This document shows positions 48,590 through 64,000 of a stretch of DNA of 64,000 nt, in pieces. The DNA is taken from assembly GCF_009914755.1 (NCBI RefSeq), contig NC_060927.1. One strand, 5' to 3'. The stretch's first letter is position 1; every line of letters starts with the position of its first letter. This DNA is from the human T2T-CHM13v2.0 reference genome, Homo sapiens. The notes beneath the pieces are model-generated. The model was given only the letters and a program-made list of their open reading frames with translations. It was not told where the DNA came from and ran no database searches. The position numbers and the translations under genes were made by a program.

Positions 48590-49864
48590 AATCAATATTT
48601 AATTTTTTAACTGCCAACCTGTTTTCCAAAGGGGCTGCACATTTTACATTCCCACACCATGAATGAGGATTCTAGTTTCTCCATGTTTTTGTCAACACTC
48701 CCTATTGTCTGCCTGTTTTGTTGTAGTCATTCTAGTGGGTGTAAAATAGTATCTCATTGTAGCTTTGATTTGTGTTTCCCAAGTTACTAATGATGTTGAG
48801 CATCTTTTCATTTGTTTGTTAATCATTTGTATATCTTACTAGTGAAACATCTCAAATATTTTGCCAATTTTTAATTGGTTTATTTTCTTATTATGTGATT
48901 GTAAGAGTTCTTTCTATATTCTGGGTATAAGGCCTTTATATGAACTATGATTTGCAAATATTTTCTCCCAGTGGCTTATCTTTTTATTTTCTTAATAATG
49001 TCTTTTGAAAAGCAAAGTTTGTTATTTTTAATGAAATATAATTTATCTGTTTTATAGATTGTGCTTTTGCTGATGTCTGTAAGAACTCTGTCTAAGCCGG
49101 TCAGAAGGATTTTCTCCTGTATTTTCTTCTAAGTGTTTTATAGTTTTAGCTCTTCTTTAGATCTATGATCTATTTCAGCTAACTTCTGTGTATGATATGA
49201 GGTAAGAATCTAAATTCATCCTGTTTCACGTGGATATTCAATTGTTCCAGTGCTGTTTGTTAGAGGCCAATTTTTCCTTATTGAATTGCCTCAGCATCTT
49301 TGCCTAAAATAAATTCACCATAAATGTAAAGGATTATTTTTGGATTTTCTATTCTATTCCATTAATCTATATGTCTTATGTCAGTGCCACACTCTCTTAA
49401 GTACTACAGTTTTTAATAAATTTTAAAATCAAGAAATATAATTACTCTAACTTCCTTCTTCGTTTTCAAAATTGTTTTTGCTATTCTGCGCCCTCCATAA
49501 TGAATTTTAGGATCAGCTTGTGAATTTCTGCAAAGTAACCTGCTGGGATTTTGATAGGTATAGTATTGAATCTATAGATCAATTTGGGGAGAATTTCTAC
49601 CTTAAAATTTTTGTATCTTTCAATTCATGAATGTGGTATGTTTTTCCATGGAGATCTTTAGCCCTCTCAAAAATGTTTTGTTTTCTTGAACTTCTTTTAT
49701 TACAATTTATTTCTAAGTGTTTTATTCTTTTTATGTTGTTATGAATTGGGACTGTTAATTTTATCTTGGGGATTGGTCATTGTTAATATACAGAAATAAA
49801 ATTGATTTTTGTATATGTATCATGTATCCTGTGACCTTGATGAATTTGTTTATTAATTCTAGTA

Positions 49865-49867
<3 letters not shown>

Positions 49868-49903
<36 letters not shown>
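49868..49903. repeat. (TG)n microsatellite
   Basis: About 18 perfect TG units. Confidence 0.97.
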
Positions 49904-49904
<1 letters not shown>

Positions 49905-50139
49905 TTCTTTAGAATTTTCTACATAGAGGAGTTTGCTAACACTCCAAGTCCTTTTACCTCTACTCATTTAGTTGTATTTACCCTTAAATCCTTTGGACTT
50001 CATACCTACTTCCAGGTTGTTAAACACTAATTCCTTAGTGAGGAATCCTCAATATTCTGCTTAGGCTCCTTGGTGTTATTCATCTCTTAGCAACTGTTTT
50101 TCTTGCCTCTTATTTCACAGAGAATGTTAAGGTTACCAA

Positions 50140-50960
50140 TAGAGGCAAATTTATTGTGAACCAGATGATGCTTAAGTTTCAGAGTCTCTCACTTAGGACT
50201 TCCTTCCAAGGTTCTGGGAGGGCTCCTGGTGAAAGCGAGATGAATGGGTTGTAATTTGGTTAAAAATTCTCTTTCTACTCAGGTTTTTCCTCTCTCTCAC
50301 TTTTTAAAAAAATTAATTATTAATTTTTTGTGATTCTCACTTCTGTTGTCAGTATACCATTGGAGTAGTCACAGGCATTTGGAGGATCTGAGTAAGGGAA
50401 AGTTGGCTTAGGAGTATACCATTATAATTGCCATTTAGTAAGATATTTTAGAATGCTTTAATGAAACAAGCAAGAAATTACATTAATTTGGATGTATATA
50501 ATTTTTAAAATTAATCAAATAAAAGCATTTTTAAGCAAATTAGGCAATAGAAATTATTGTGGCCTAAAGAAGCAAATCGTAATAACTTTTTTGATTACAT
50601 CAAAGCAAATTTATTAATAGAAAGATAAATTTTTTAAAGTTCTTGGGTTATTTGATAATCTAATGAAAGGGAGTTAATTATTCAGATACATTGGAGAAAG
50701 ATTTAAGTTTTCACTGATTTCACAAATATGAGTAACATCACTGAATGTAACATACAAATCATAATATACTACTTCAGGGAGACCATCTAAGATAAACTGG
50801 CCCATGAGTTTCATTGTTTCAAAGACAATTTAATCACTTTCCAAGAAAACCTGAAATGACAATCTTATGTATTAGAAAAGTTTAATAAGAATTTCCCCAC
50901 ATTGGACAATGCTAAGAATTTGTGTGGCATTACTGATTACCAAATTACTAATTACTAATT
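50140..50960. mobile_element. hAT-Tip100 (Zaphod-like) DNA transposon remnant
   Basis: AGAGGCAAATTTATTGTGAACCAGATGATGCTTAAGTTTCAG resembles the recalled terminus; right boundary uncertain. Confidence 0.4.
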
Positions 50961-50989
50961 ACCAAAGGCCTCCCAGATAAAATGGACTC

Positions 50990-51430
50990 TATTCAGCCTT
51001 TTTCTGCAGACTTAAACACTGATCACTACATTTTTCTTAAAATTTCCATATCCCCTGGCTTTTCTGACATTATTCTTTTGGCTTATCTTCTTACTCACTG
51101 ATGAGTTCCCCCTAGTCTCCTTTGAGGGATTCTTTTTAGTTTCAGTCCCTTAAATGTTTGTGTTGTCCAGTGTGTTATCCCTAGCACTTCTCACTTTTCC
51201 ATTTCTCCAACTGAGGAGGAATCTATTTTATTTACTCTTTCATTCAATATTTGTTGAGCACATATTATGCAGTAGGCACTGTGCTAGATGCTAGAGAGAC
51301 TGTGATGAGCAAGATAGATATAACCTCTGCCTTATAGATCTTAGTCTACTCAGGGATGTAAATATTGACAAAATAATTATACTCTCATGGCTTCAGTCAT
51401 CACCTTTTTGCTGCTCTCAAATCTATGTCT
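50990..51430. mobile_element. L2 fragments
   Basis: TTCATTCAATATTTGTTGAGCAC..AGGCACTGTGCTAGATGCT (antisense L2 end) inside other L2-like text. Confidence 0.6.
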
Positions 51431-51786
51431 GTATTTTATTTGATTATTAAGATAATTAAAACCAGAATAAAATCACTGAGATGACAAAAATGTGATTACT
51501 TTGAGCTGTTGGATTTTATGAAGCAAATGCACTGGATCAGTCACTTTGAATTGTTTTATTTATTATTACCCCAGATTTTTCACTACCTATATAACCATGG
51601 TATGCGGGACAAATGCTGTATAAGACTTTAAGATTGTCATTTAGGATCTAAGACTAAATTTCTCTGACCTAATTTTCTTCACTAAATGTTTACGGTTGAA
51701 TAAAAAAAGATTAATAGAACAAATGTATATGAAGGTAGTTAGCTATCTTTCTTTGTAGTTAAAATAATGGCAAAATGGAAATGAGT

Positions 51787-51917
51787 TAGAGTGACCATAC
51801 ACTTCACTCTATCTGAGATATTCCTAGTTTGTGTTTTGTCTCAGCATAATATGAATACCACCTTCTTTTGGTTTCAAAATTGTCTCCAATTAGACACTAG
51901 ATTATATGGTCACTCTA
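51787..51917. mobile_element. MER94-like MITE (hAT-Blackjack)
   Basis: Perfect 13-bp terminal inverted repeats TAGAGTGACCATA / TATGGTCACTCTA; 131 bp. Confidence 0.75.
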
Positions 51918-51989
51918 AAACTATTTTTGAAGAAATGTTTGTTATGCTTACTATTTTTTAAAATCCTATTTTTTTTTTTTACTTTGCAG

Positions 51990-52165
51990 TCAAAGATTGT
52001 CAGAGTACAAATATTTCTGGAATAAGACTCTTTCATTACTTACTTTTACTAAAAGGGAACTAACCAGTATTAAAAATGAAGTATATGATAATTACCAAAA
52101 CTGGACTTCATTGAAAGGAGCAGTTTTTCTACAAATTAAATCTATAAGTGAAACAGCCTTGACAG
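51990..52165 (+). CDS. LEKR1: Internal coding exon, 176 nt: (S)QRLSEYKYFWNKTLSLLTFTKRELTSIKNEVYDNYQNWTSLKGAVFLQIKSISETALT
   Basis: Long poly-T tract and TTTGCAG| acceptor; CAG|GTTTGT donor; AG+T forms Ser in frame with the previous exon; matches ORF 51997..52191. Confidence 0.88.
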
Positions 52166-52574
52166 GTTTGTTACATATATTTAGAATATAATTGTCCCTT
52201 TTTGGTAAATGGTACATCATAAGTAATAAAATAATGATATTTCATTTTATTTGATGGGAATTAGGATTAACTTTGTTATCACTTGTTAGAGTAGATGACC
52301 ATTAAGATCTATTTCAACTCTGAAATTTAATTATTATAGGTTTATCTAAGATAATCTATGATACATCTATCCTGAACTGTGGCCAGAAGTCTGTTCATTA
52401 CTGTTAAAAGTAGTAATCTATGTTTTTAAAACTCCTCTTCTCTTAATGACTGAGTAGCTCATATTAGGTCAGCCTTCTTATAGATAACAACTTTAATTCT
52501 AGAAAAATAGCTACCTAAAGACAATAAAAAGTGACCCAAAGCAAAAACATAATGGAGGCAGTATCAAAAATTAA

Positions 52575-53035
52575 AAGAAGGCATACTAAGTGAAAGATGC
52601 CAATTTGAAAGGGCTACGTACTATATTATTCCAACTATATGACATTCTGGAAAAGACAAAACTATGGAACAGTAAAACAATCAGTGGTTGCCATGAGTTC
52701 CAGACAGAGGATAAATGAGAAGAGCAAAGAAGATTTTTAGGGCAGTGAAACTAATCTGTACAATGCTACAATAGTGGAGACATGTCATTATACATTTGTC
52801 AAAGTTCATAGAATGTACAACATGAAGACTGAACCCTAATGTAAACTATAAATTTTGGGTAGTAATAATAATGTTGATTCATCAATTGTAACAAGTACTA
52901 CTCTCCCACAGGGTGTCCCTAGTGGGGGAGCTTTTGCATATGTGGAGAGAGGGGGATATGGGAATTCTCTGTACTTTCTGCTCAATTTTCCTGTGAACCT
53001 AAAACTGTTCTAAAAAATAGTCCATTAAAGGTTTT
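52575..53035 (+). mobile_element. L1MC 3' end
   Basis: TTCCAACTATATGACATTCTGGAAAAG..GAACCCTAATGTAAACTAT..GTGAACCTAAAACTG. Confidence 0.8.
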
Positions 53036-53099
53036 TATTAATGTTGAAAAATGCATGGCAGTGAGTGAATTTTTTCTTTTTAAGGATATTGGACTGAGA

Positions 53100-56000
53100 G
53101 CAAGGTACAGTTTGCTCCATGCAAAGAAGCTAAAAATCTGATAGAAAACTGTAGACTAGAGGATAGAGATCAAGGCAACCTCAGCCTCTGAGAAGTAAGG
53201 GGATATCCCAGAGAAGTGAAAGCCAGAGAAAGAGAGCTCAAATTTTGCATATAAACTCTTTCCAAATCTCAGGCTTATCCCTGAAATACATGTGCTCAAT
53301 GAAGATGCTAAATAGTCCATCTGAAACTAAAGTAGTTGATATTTTAGCTGTCACCTACCCTATGAGAAACAGATTTAACACTCTAAGTTTAGCCAGATTA
53401 ACTTCTTGTTAAAATAATACAAGAAAAAAATAAATACTCTTTGGAATAACATAATAAGAATCCAGAGTCTCTATAACATAACACCCACAATGTTCAGTAT
53501 ACAATCCAAAATTACTCATATCCAAAAGAATAGAGACCAGTTGACTCAGATGATATAATTAGCTAACCAGGATTTCAAATTAGCTATCATAACAATGCTC
53601 AAGGATATAAAGGAAAATATACTAGTAATGAATAAAAAGAAAATCTGAGTAAGCAACTATTAAAAAATGAGAAATTCAAGAATTGAAAAATATGGTGTCT
53701 GAAATAAAATTTCACTGGATGGACTTTTTTTTTTTAAAGTCAAGAACTTATTTTATTTTATTTTAAAATAAACATTGAAGATCCCCCATTTCCCACCACC
53801 CTACAAAACTTTTGAATGTGGAATGTTCAACAGCCTATCCATTTTGGTAGGTTACAAAATCAGCAAAAACTCCAGTTGTCTAATGATGAATGTTTGAGAA
53901 TAGTTTTGTTTTTAAATAGCTGAGCACCTACTGGAAAAATTCCTGGGCTAAATGCTGAAAATAAAATTTAATTTCTGCACAGAAAATACCATTAACATAG
54001 TAGACTTTGCTTAAAGGTGGGATTAATTCTCCATGAAGTCAGAATGAGACAATAGCAGCATTAAGTTCGTAGGCACACAGAACTAGTGCTCAAACTGCTA
54101 GCACAAATTCCAATGGGATGCCGCAAATGAACACTCAGCAAGTGAATTAATCTGATTCACGGGATTATGTTTAATCGCCGAAAACACACTGGCCAGTGTA
54201 CCATAATATGTTACCAGAAGAGTTATTATCTATGTGTTCTCCCTTTCAGAAAACTTATGTTAAAGGGACTGTTTTCATCCCATAAAGACAGGACTACAAT
54301 TGTCAGCTTTCTATTACCTGGATATGGAAGGAAACTATTTTTACTCTGCATGTTCTGTTCTAAGCGTCATCTTGAGCCTTGCACATGATACTCAGATTCC
54401 TCACCCTTGCTTAGGAGTAAAACAATATACTTTATGAGGTGATAATATTTTCCATAGTTATTTGAAGTGGCTTGAAAAAGGCAAGATTGACTTTTTTGAC
54501 ATTGGATAAAATCTACAAATCAGCCCTCGAGTTATTCAATGATAACTGACAAACTAAAATATTTCCCTAGAAAGGAAGATGAAAGGAGTGAAGTGTGGTT
54601 TGGCAGAACAACTGCATTTCACAGCTTTTCCAGTTAAATTGGAGCACTGAATGTTCAGATGCATACCAAATTATGCATGGGTCCTAATCACACATATAAG
54701 GCTGGATGGACTTTTATAGCACATTGCATTTACAGAAAAAAGAATCAGTGAATTTAAAGATAAATCAATAGAAATTATTCAATTTGAAGAAGAGAGATAA
54801 ACATTGAAAAAAAATGAATGGAGCCCCAGCATCCTCAGGAAAGAATAAAATGCACCATAAGTGACAAATATGAGTAAATATAAAAGACTCCTTTTCCTTT
54901 AAATTTTTTTTTAAAAACTCACATGCTTATTTAAAGCAAGCATTATTATTTTGTGGGGCTTATAAAGTATGTCAATGTAACATGACAACTAGAGTCTAAA
55001 GGATGGAGAGGTGGATAAATGGATTCATTTTGTTGGACTATATTTGTATTTTATGTGACATGGCAGAATATTTTATTTAAACCAATAAATTAAGTATGTA
55101 TATTATAATTTCTAGAGCAACTACTAAAAAATTAAATACAGAAACATGTAGCTAAAAAGCTAATACATAATTTAAAAGATAACTCTTTAAAAAGTATTCA
55201 AACAATCCAAAAAATGGCATTTTAAACATCATCTAAGATTTATACAGTAATCAAATCAGTATAGTGCTGGCATATGGATCAACAAAGATGAATAGAACAA
55301 GATAGCCTGGTAAATGACCCTACTTATATAATCAATTGACTTCTGACAAAGGCACCAAAACAATCCAATGGGAAAAAGAAAGTCTTTCAACAAATTGTGC
55401 TGGTATGACTGAATACCCATGTAGAAAAATATACCTCAACTTCTGCCTCACACCATACATGAGAATTAATTTAGGATAAATCATAAGCCTAAATGCAAAG
55501 GATAAAATTATAAAACTACTAGAAGAAACATAGCAAAATATCTTCATAACTTGATGGTAAATGAAGATTTCATGGATAGGACATAGAAGTAAGAACTATA
55601 AAAGAATGAAAATTGGTGAATTAGACTTTATCAGAATTAAAACATCTGTTCATCAGAAGCTATCAGTATGAAAATGAATAGTTAAATCAGAGAAAATATT
55701 TACAAAATGTGTGACAAAGAACTGTTGTCCCAGTTACATAAAGAATGCCTACAAGTCAATAATAAAAGTATTCAATCAAAAATGACCAAAAGATCTGAAC
55801 AGACACTTTTACACAGGAAGATACATAAATGGCCAATAAAGACACAAGAATGTTCTCAACATTATTAGCTCGTCTGCTTGACTAAAATGAAACAGTCTGA
55901 TGGCAGCAGATGTTACTGAGGAAGTAGAGTACTGGAATCCTTTTACAAATTGGTGAGAATGTAAATTGCTACAGCCACTTAGAGAAAATATCTGACAGTT

Positions 56001-56820
56001 TCTCATTAAACTAAATATACATCTATCCGAAGTCCCTGAAATTCCACCCTTTGGTATTTACCCAAGGAATGTGAAAATGTACGTCCACAAGATACTTATA
56101 TGAGAATATTCAGCAACTTTATTCAAGCTTAATTCAAAATATCCTAAAACTGCAAAAAACTCAGGAGTACATCAGTAGTAGAATGGGTTCTCTAAAAGAA
56201 AACAATTGAATATATTCAGTGGGATATATAATGAACTGCAGATAATGTGGTAGCATGGATAATCCTCAAAAATATTATGGTACTTGAAAATAGCCTTACA
56301 CAAATAATACATATTGTATTATTTCATTTATACGATGTTCTAGAAACAGGCAAAACTAATCTACATTGGGGAAAAAATGTTTGCCATGGAGGGTAGGATT
56401 GACTGGAAAAGCACAAAGGCACTTTCTTTGATGATAGAAATTCTTTATGTTTTGATAGGGGTTTTTATTACATAGTGGATGCATTTGCCAACACTCATCT
56501 ATTGGTGCACTTGAGATTTGTACAATTCTGTAGGTAAATTTACTCAAAAATAAAAAGAAATATATGCAAATGTTGAACTCTTATCTGTATGATGAAATGT
56601 TTAGGAGAGAAGTGTATTTATGTCTGTAACTCACCTTGATATTCACAGGATGGATTGATGGATGTATAAAGTATTTGACAGGTATATAGTTATGTGACAA
56701 AGAAAATATAGTAAAATATTAATTGTAGAATCTAAGTAATGTGTATATTTGTGTCCAGTATACAATAATTTTAACTTCTCTATATGTTTTAAAACTTTCA
56801 TAGTTAAATATTGGAAAAAA
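53100..56820 (+). mobile_element. Old L1M (ORF1 remnant, ORF2 end, 3' UTR) hosting the retrocopy
   Basis: Degenerate L1M text contiguous across 53715/54715; GTCTTTCAACAAATTGTGCTGG; L1M-type 3' UTR. Confidence 0.65.
53729..54701 (-). pseudogene. CAPRIN1: Processed retrocopy fragment of CAPRIN1 with a 5' inversion
   Basis: Poly(T) at left; TSD CTGGATGGACTTTT at 53715-53728 and 54702-54715. 54115-54150 (+) encodes GMPQMNTQQVN*, recalled as the CAPRIN1 C-terminus, followed by its 3' UTR. 53736-54113 is a more distal part of the UTR on -. Confidence 0.85.
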
Positions 56821-56999
56821 ATCATGTTAAACCATGAAACTTTAATTTCACTTCTAACAATTTTGTTATGTAATATGTGCGTTCAGAAATGCATTTTTAT
56901 ATGACAATATGCTTTTAAATTTGAAATTTAACTTTAATAATTAAATTTAGGCAAATAGAGGAATATTATAACAAACATGTAAAAAGTATATCTATATTA

Positions 57000-57282
57000 G
57001 GCCATGTGTGGTGGCTCATGCCTAGCACTATGGGAGACTGAGGCAAGTCAATAGCTTGAGCTCAAGAGTTTGAGACCAGCCTGGGCAACATGGCAAAGCC
57101 CTCTCTCTACTAAAAATACAAAAATTAGCCAGGTGTGGTGGTGCGCACCTGTAACTCCAGCTACTTGGGAGGCTGAGGCATGAGAATTGCTTGAACCTGG
57201 GAGGTGGAGGTTGCAGTGAACATGTCACTGCACTCCAGCCTGGGTGACAGAGTGAGACTCTGTCTCAAAAAAAAAAAAAAAA
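57000..57282 (+). mobile_element. Alu (J/S-like)
   Basis: Dimer with A tail; flanks TATCTATATTA / TATCTATGTTA. Confidence 0.9.
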
Positions 57283-57309
57283 GGGGTATCTATGTTATTA
57301 AATGGAGCA

Positions 57310-57651
<342 letters not shown>

Positions 57652-57799
57652 TCATATTCTTTGGACCTTTAGTGTTCTTCTACTGACTTTTAACTGCCAG
57701 TATCTGCATATCTGTGCCAGAGGAATCTTGCTTCTGCCACAGTTAATAATACAGATATACTTTACATAATTATATTTCATTTCGTAAATATACTATATA

Positions 57800-58050
57800 T
57801 TATGCATCATTTCCATTATTTAAACATTCATATATGTCTTTTTTTGGATATATGTTTTTGTTATTTTTTGGGTAAATACCTAGGAGTGGAATGGCTGAAT
57901 TGTATAGTAGAGTATATTCAACATTTTAAGAAACTACCCAAGACTTTTCCAAAGTGGTTGTTCCTTTCACATTTTTACCAGCAGTGTATGAGACCTCCAG
58001 TTGCTGCATATCTTTGCCAACACTTAGTATTGTCAGTCTCTTTAATTTTA
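57800..58050 (-). mobile_element. L1M fragment
   Basis: GGGTAAATACCTAGGAGTGGAATGGCTG. Confidence 0.65.
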
Positions 58051-58584
58051 TTCTTTGTAATGAGGTATTCATATAAAAGATATGAATGTACATGTAAAAT
58101 AGTCGTCTTGGTAATGTTCTCATTTTTGAGTGTCTTGTCACATCTTATAGAATATTTACCTCATAATATCAATAATTGTGAATTCAATCATACTAGAATT
58201 GGAGAGACATCAGCTCTAATGTTTTTGTTTACATTTGTGTTGCATTATTAATATTTTCTGTAATCCATGTTTTCTTTTTCAGGAAACTTTTAAGCCAACT
58301 ATCCATTTTAGGACTGTTAATTAAACCACATAGCTGGGAACAGTTATATCAGTTATATAGTGCAGTGTATCACAATCTTAGAAAAATAACAAACAAGGAG
58401 ACACTGACATCCCCTTTGTGTAGAGGAACAACCCTCCTCCCTTAGAAAGCTTCACTCACTTTGTTCTCCCTGAATGTGACCTGTGGCCATGACTGTACAA
58501 TATGTGAAAAGAGGGAGGCCCTTCAGATTTATGCAGGTGAAATTGACTAAGGGTCTCCCAAACAAGTAGCTGTCCCTTCTTGTA

Positions 58585-58890
58585 ATTGAAAGTCTCAGTT
58601 CAAATGTCACCTCCTCAGAAACATCTTTGCTGACTGCTCTAGTTAAAGTTGTCTTCCTTTATAGTCCTTGTCTATCCTGATTTTCTCTTTCAATTTTAAT
58701 AATATTTACTACTACCAGAAATATTCATTTATTGATTTATGTGTTTACTGCCAGTCTCCTCCTACTGGTTGTAATCTTAGTGAAAACAGGAATTTTGATT
58801 GTTTTGCTGAGTGCTGTATTACTAGTGTTTTAAGAGAATTGAACCTGTCACATAGTAGGTGCTCAGTGAACTTTGTGGAATTGAAATGGA
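58585..58890 (+). mobile_element. L2 3' end
   Basis: TCAAATGTCACCTCCTCAGA..CACATAGTAGGTGCTCAGTGAA. Confidence 0.75.
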
Positions 58891-59139
58891 AGTAACAGTA
58901 CACCCACATTTTCATAGTCAGATTCCTGATAATATTTATATTAGGTTTTGGAACCTCTGAGTATTCTCTAAGGTTTCTTAGTAACGCTTACATATTCTGT
59001 AATCTGGAAAGGGAGCAGAGGCTTCATTCATTAGCTACACTTTCTTGAAAACCAAAGGCAAATTTAATGTAGGCTATTATCAGTAGTACAATTCCAAATT
59101 GGATTTTAAAATTCAGTTTGGAAGTTTTTTATTGAATTT

Positions 59140-59640
59140 ATAAGAGGAAAATATAAACACTTAATAATTAGTTTTTCCCAAATTCAAAAGGCTTTAAGGA
59201 TTGTTGGAATCATAAACATAAAACAACCTCAATATAAAAACATAGAAAATACAGAAAAGGGGCAAAAAAAAGAAACATTGACATAAGTCATCTGTAATAT
59301 CATGACACAGAGATAACTGCTGTTAACATTTTGATATAGAGCTTTCTAAACTTTCTTTCTGTGCATATATATATATACATACATATACACTTAAAATATA
59401 TCATGAAAATATAGTCATGCCAATTAACTATGTTGACAGTATTTTATTATAGGTATGTATCTTATTTAACTAATTTTCTATTCATGAACATGTAGGTTGA
59501 TCATAGTCTGGCTATTGTAAATAAGGCATCACTGAACATCTTTATACATGCATCTTTAGGATTTTATCCTGTTTTTTTTCTTTAACATAGTTAATTCCTA
59601 GAAGTGGAATTGCAGAATCAAAGTATATGCCCATTTTGCT
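59140..59640 (-). mobile_element. L1ME-like fragment
   Basis: CAGAGATAACTGCTGTTAACATTTTG; ATTCCTAGAAGTGGAATTGC. Confidence 0.55.
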
Positions 59641-60261
59641 TTTCATTTGCAAGTGTTACATTTTATATTTTATCAAACACGAAGAAATAGGAGTTAGTTT
59701 TCAACCCTTGACTTTTATATTTACCATTATAGTATATCACTTTTGCCTCAGAAGCTCAAGAACCTTGTTTAGAAGTTACACAGTGGTGATGACAGAAGCT
59801 CAAAGGTGGAAATGCACACATGAGGACAGTATATTCAATTCCCAAGCAAGAACTTGGTGAACACAACAGATGGGGTGTGTCAAACTGAAGCTATGTTATT
59901 ATAAGAGCTTTTTTTGCCTTTTAAAAAACTTTCTTTTTAGTGCTATCACAGCAATCAAATTTCCAGGGCATGGATGTACAAACATGTGCAAATATGTGTA
60001 AAACTTTAAAGGTGCTGATGCTTGCCTTTTTAACAGTTTCTTTGATCAATTTGAACACATTTTAAATTTAACAGCAATCCTAATAGCTATATAAACATGC
60101 CAATTTTGTAGCATAGAATTTTAAGCAAATAATCTATATCTTAAATTTAAGTATAGAAAAAAATAAATTGAATGTAATGTTTTTAAAGGATAATTCTAGT
60201 AAAAGTTGAGGAACTATCCCACTTACATGAAAAGATGACCGGGAGCCTAAGAAGCATGCAG

Positions 60262-60482
60262 ACCTTCGCTTTCCCATAGGTTAGCCACCAACCACATGGG
60301 GCTATTGAGCACTAGAAATGTGGATATAGCCTTTTGTTGAAATAACATTTTGGATATGTGGAATGAAATAAAATACACTATTAAAATTAATTTTGTGTGT
60401 TCTGATATTTTTAATATGGCTACTGGAAATTTAAAATTACATGTGTGGTTTGCATTATACATATTTCTATTGGATATGACTA
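60262..60482. mobile_element. MER3-like hAT-Charlie element
   Basis: TAGCCACCAACCACATGGGGCTATTGAGCACTAGAAATGTGG..TATTTCTATTGGA. Confidence 0.7.
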
Positions 60483-60884
60483 GTACGGATAAATAGTGAA
60501 ATGAACATTTTAACATAAAATTTGTAAATGTTATAATTTATTTGATATTCACAAAAATGATGAGGACGATGTGAATTATAGCTGAGGAACACTTTACAGT
60601 CACTCTTAATCCTAACCTGTTAATGTGTATTTCTAGTTGTCTTTATTATTTAATTCATCTTTTACTTAAATTTATTAAACAAACACTATTCAGAGTCAGG
60701 AATGTTAGAACTCTTGGCAGAAATCAGGAAAAATCTGGAGAGTAACATAGGATCCTTGATAGTGTTGCCCTTTTACAGACTGACCACCAGGTCTGGAGAA
60801 GGGCCGCACAAACCAATATGTCTGCACTCAACCACACTGGCCTCTGTGTTGCTGGCTTCAATTCTTAATACATAAAGATATATA

Positions 60885-60985
60885 GGCATTCTAAGAGCAG
60901 GTCTCTAGAGTCAGCCAAAGTTTATATCCTGACTCTGCCACTTAACAAAAAACTGGGGCTTCAGTGTCCTCATCTGTACAATGAG

Positions 60986-61028
<43 letters not shown>

Positions 61029-61065
61029 CGTATGCCTAGCAGAATAAGGAAGCAAGATATGTTAG
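60885..61065 (+). mobile_element. MIR remnant containing (CA)n at 60987-61026
   Basis: ATCCTGACTCTGCCACTTA..TCCTCATCTGTACAATG followed by about 20 CA units. Confidence 0.7.
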
Positions 61066-61224
61066 CTATAACTATTCTTTTTTATTCTAAAGTCTATGTT
61101 TTTTCTATCGTATTCGTTTCTCATTTCTGTTGCAGAATGGTTCATTGTAATGGGTTTATAGCTTTTCTCCTAAATAAAGTAACAAAAAGGGTTTTCACAT
61201 GTAGTTTTTAAAAAATCTACATAA

Positions 61225-63241
<2,017 letters not shown>

Positions 63242-63639
63242 TAAAATAAATTGTGTAGTTTTTTTTATTTATTTAGTAAATCTGGTCACTGCATCTTTTT
63301 CCCTATTATTGTAATAAAACTGTGAAGTTTTGTGAATTAAAAATGACACTGTATTTGTAATATCAGAATGCCTTGATAATAAGGTTATAGAGGTTTCCTA
63401 ATGATATAATGACCTAACATAATTTTGAGTTCATTTGCCTAAGCTCACAGGACTAATAACAAAACAAAAAAACTTATCAAGGTAAAGAAATTGATTGCGT
63501 AAGCTTAACAGTAATAATTGTGCTTGCGTTAGCTAGTGAATTATGTGATAACACTTATTCTAAAAGCTAAAAGCATGTATTGGCTATAAATTTTGATAAT
63601 AGTACAAACATTTTAAATAACAAATATTCTAAAATATAG

Positions 63640-64000
63640 TGTGATGGGCTGAATTGTGTCCCCCTCCCCAAATTCATATACTGAAATGTTAAAGTCCTAA
63701 TCTCCAGTACCTCCTACAGTAATTATATTTGGAGATAAGGTTTTTAAAGAGGTCATCAGGGTAGCCCCTAATCCAATCTGACTGGTGTCATAAGAAGAAG
63801 AAATCTGTACACAGACACCTACGGACACCATGTGAATACACAGGGAAAAGGCAGCCACCTGCAAGCCAAGGAGAGAGACCTGGAACAGATCCTTCCTTCA
63901 CTGTCGGAGAAGGAACCAATCCTGTTGACACCTTGATCTCAGATTTCTAGTCTCTGGAGCTGTGAGAAAATAAATTTCTGTTGTTTAAGCACTCAATCTG
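63640..64000 (+). mobile_element. MLT1B/C-like LTR (runs off the window end)
   Basis: TGTGATGGGCTGAATTGTGTCCCC..CACCTTGATCTCAGATTTCTAG..AATAAATTTCTGTTGTTTAAGC. Confidence 0.85.

Overview
This is primate (almost certainly human) genomic DNA: AT-rich, CpG-poor and dominated by L1, Alu, MaLR/ERV LTR, MIR, L2 and hAT fossils. It lies inside a large + strand gene. Two GT-AG coding exons (45139-45258, 51990-52165) splice in frame into a coiled-coil peptide that I recognise from memory as LEKR1. A probable alternative terminal exon lies at 13022-13130, followed by AATAAA. Nearly all listed ORFs are repeat artefacts. I found no evidence of a new multi-gene system. The most interesting signals are: (i) a CAPRIN1 retrocopy with a twin-priming inversion and a perfect 14-bp TSD; (ii) two short locally templated insertions, one copying a DUX4-type motif from a THE1 LTR; (iii) an unidentified ~0.9-kb insert splitting an MST LTR; (iv) an internally deleted L1PB with a possible 3' transduction; (v) deep transposon nests, a hairpin minisatellite and a ~530-bp alternating purine/pyrimidine tract. 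Gene and subfamily names come from recall of consensus sequences, not from searches, and boundaries of old repeats are approximate.
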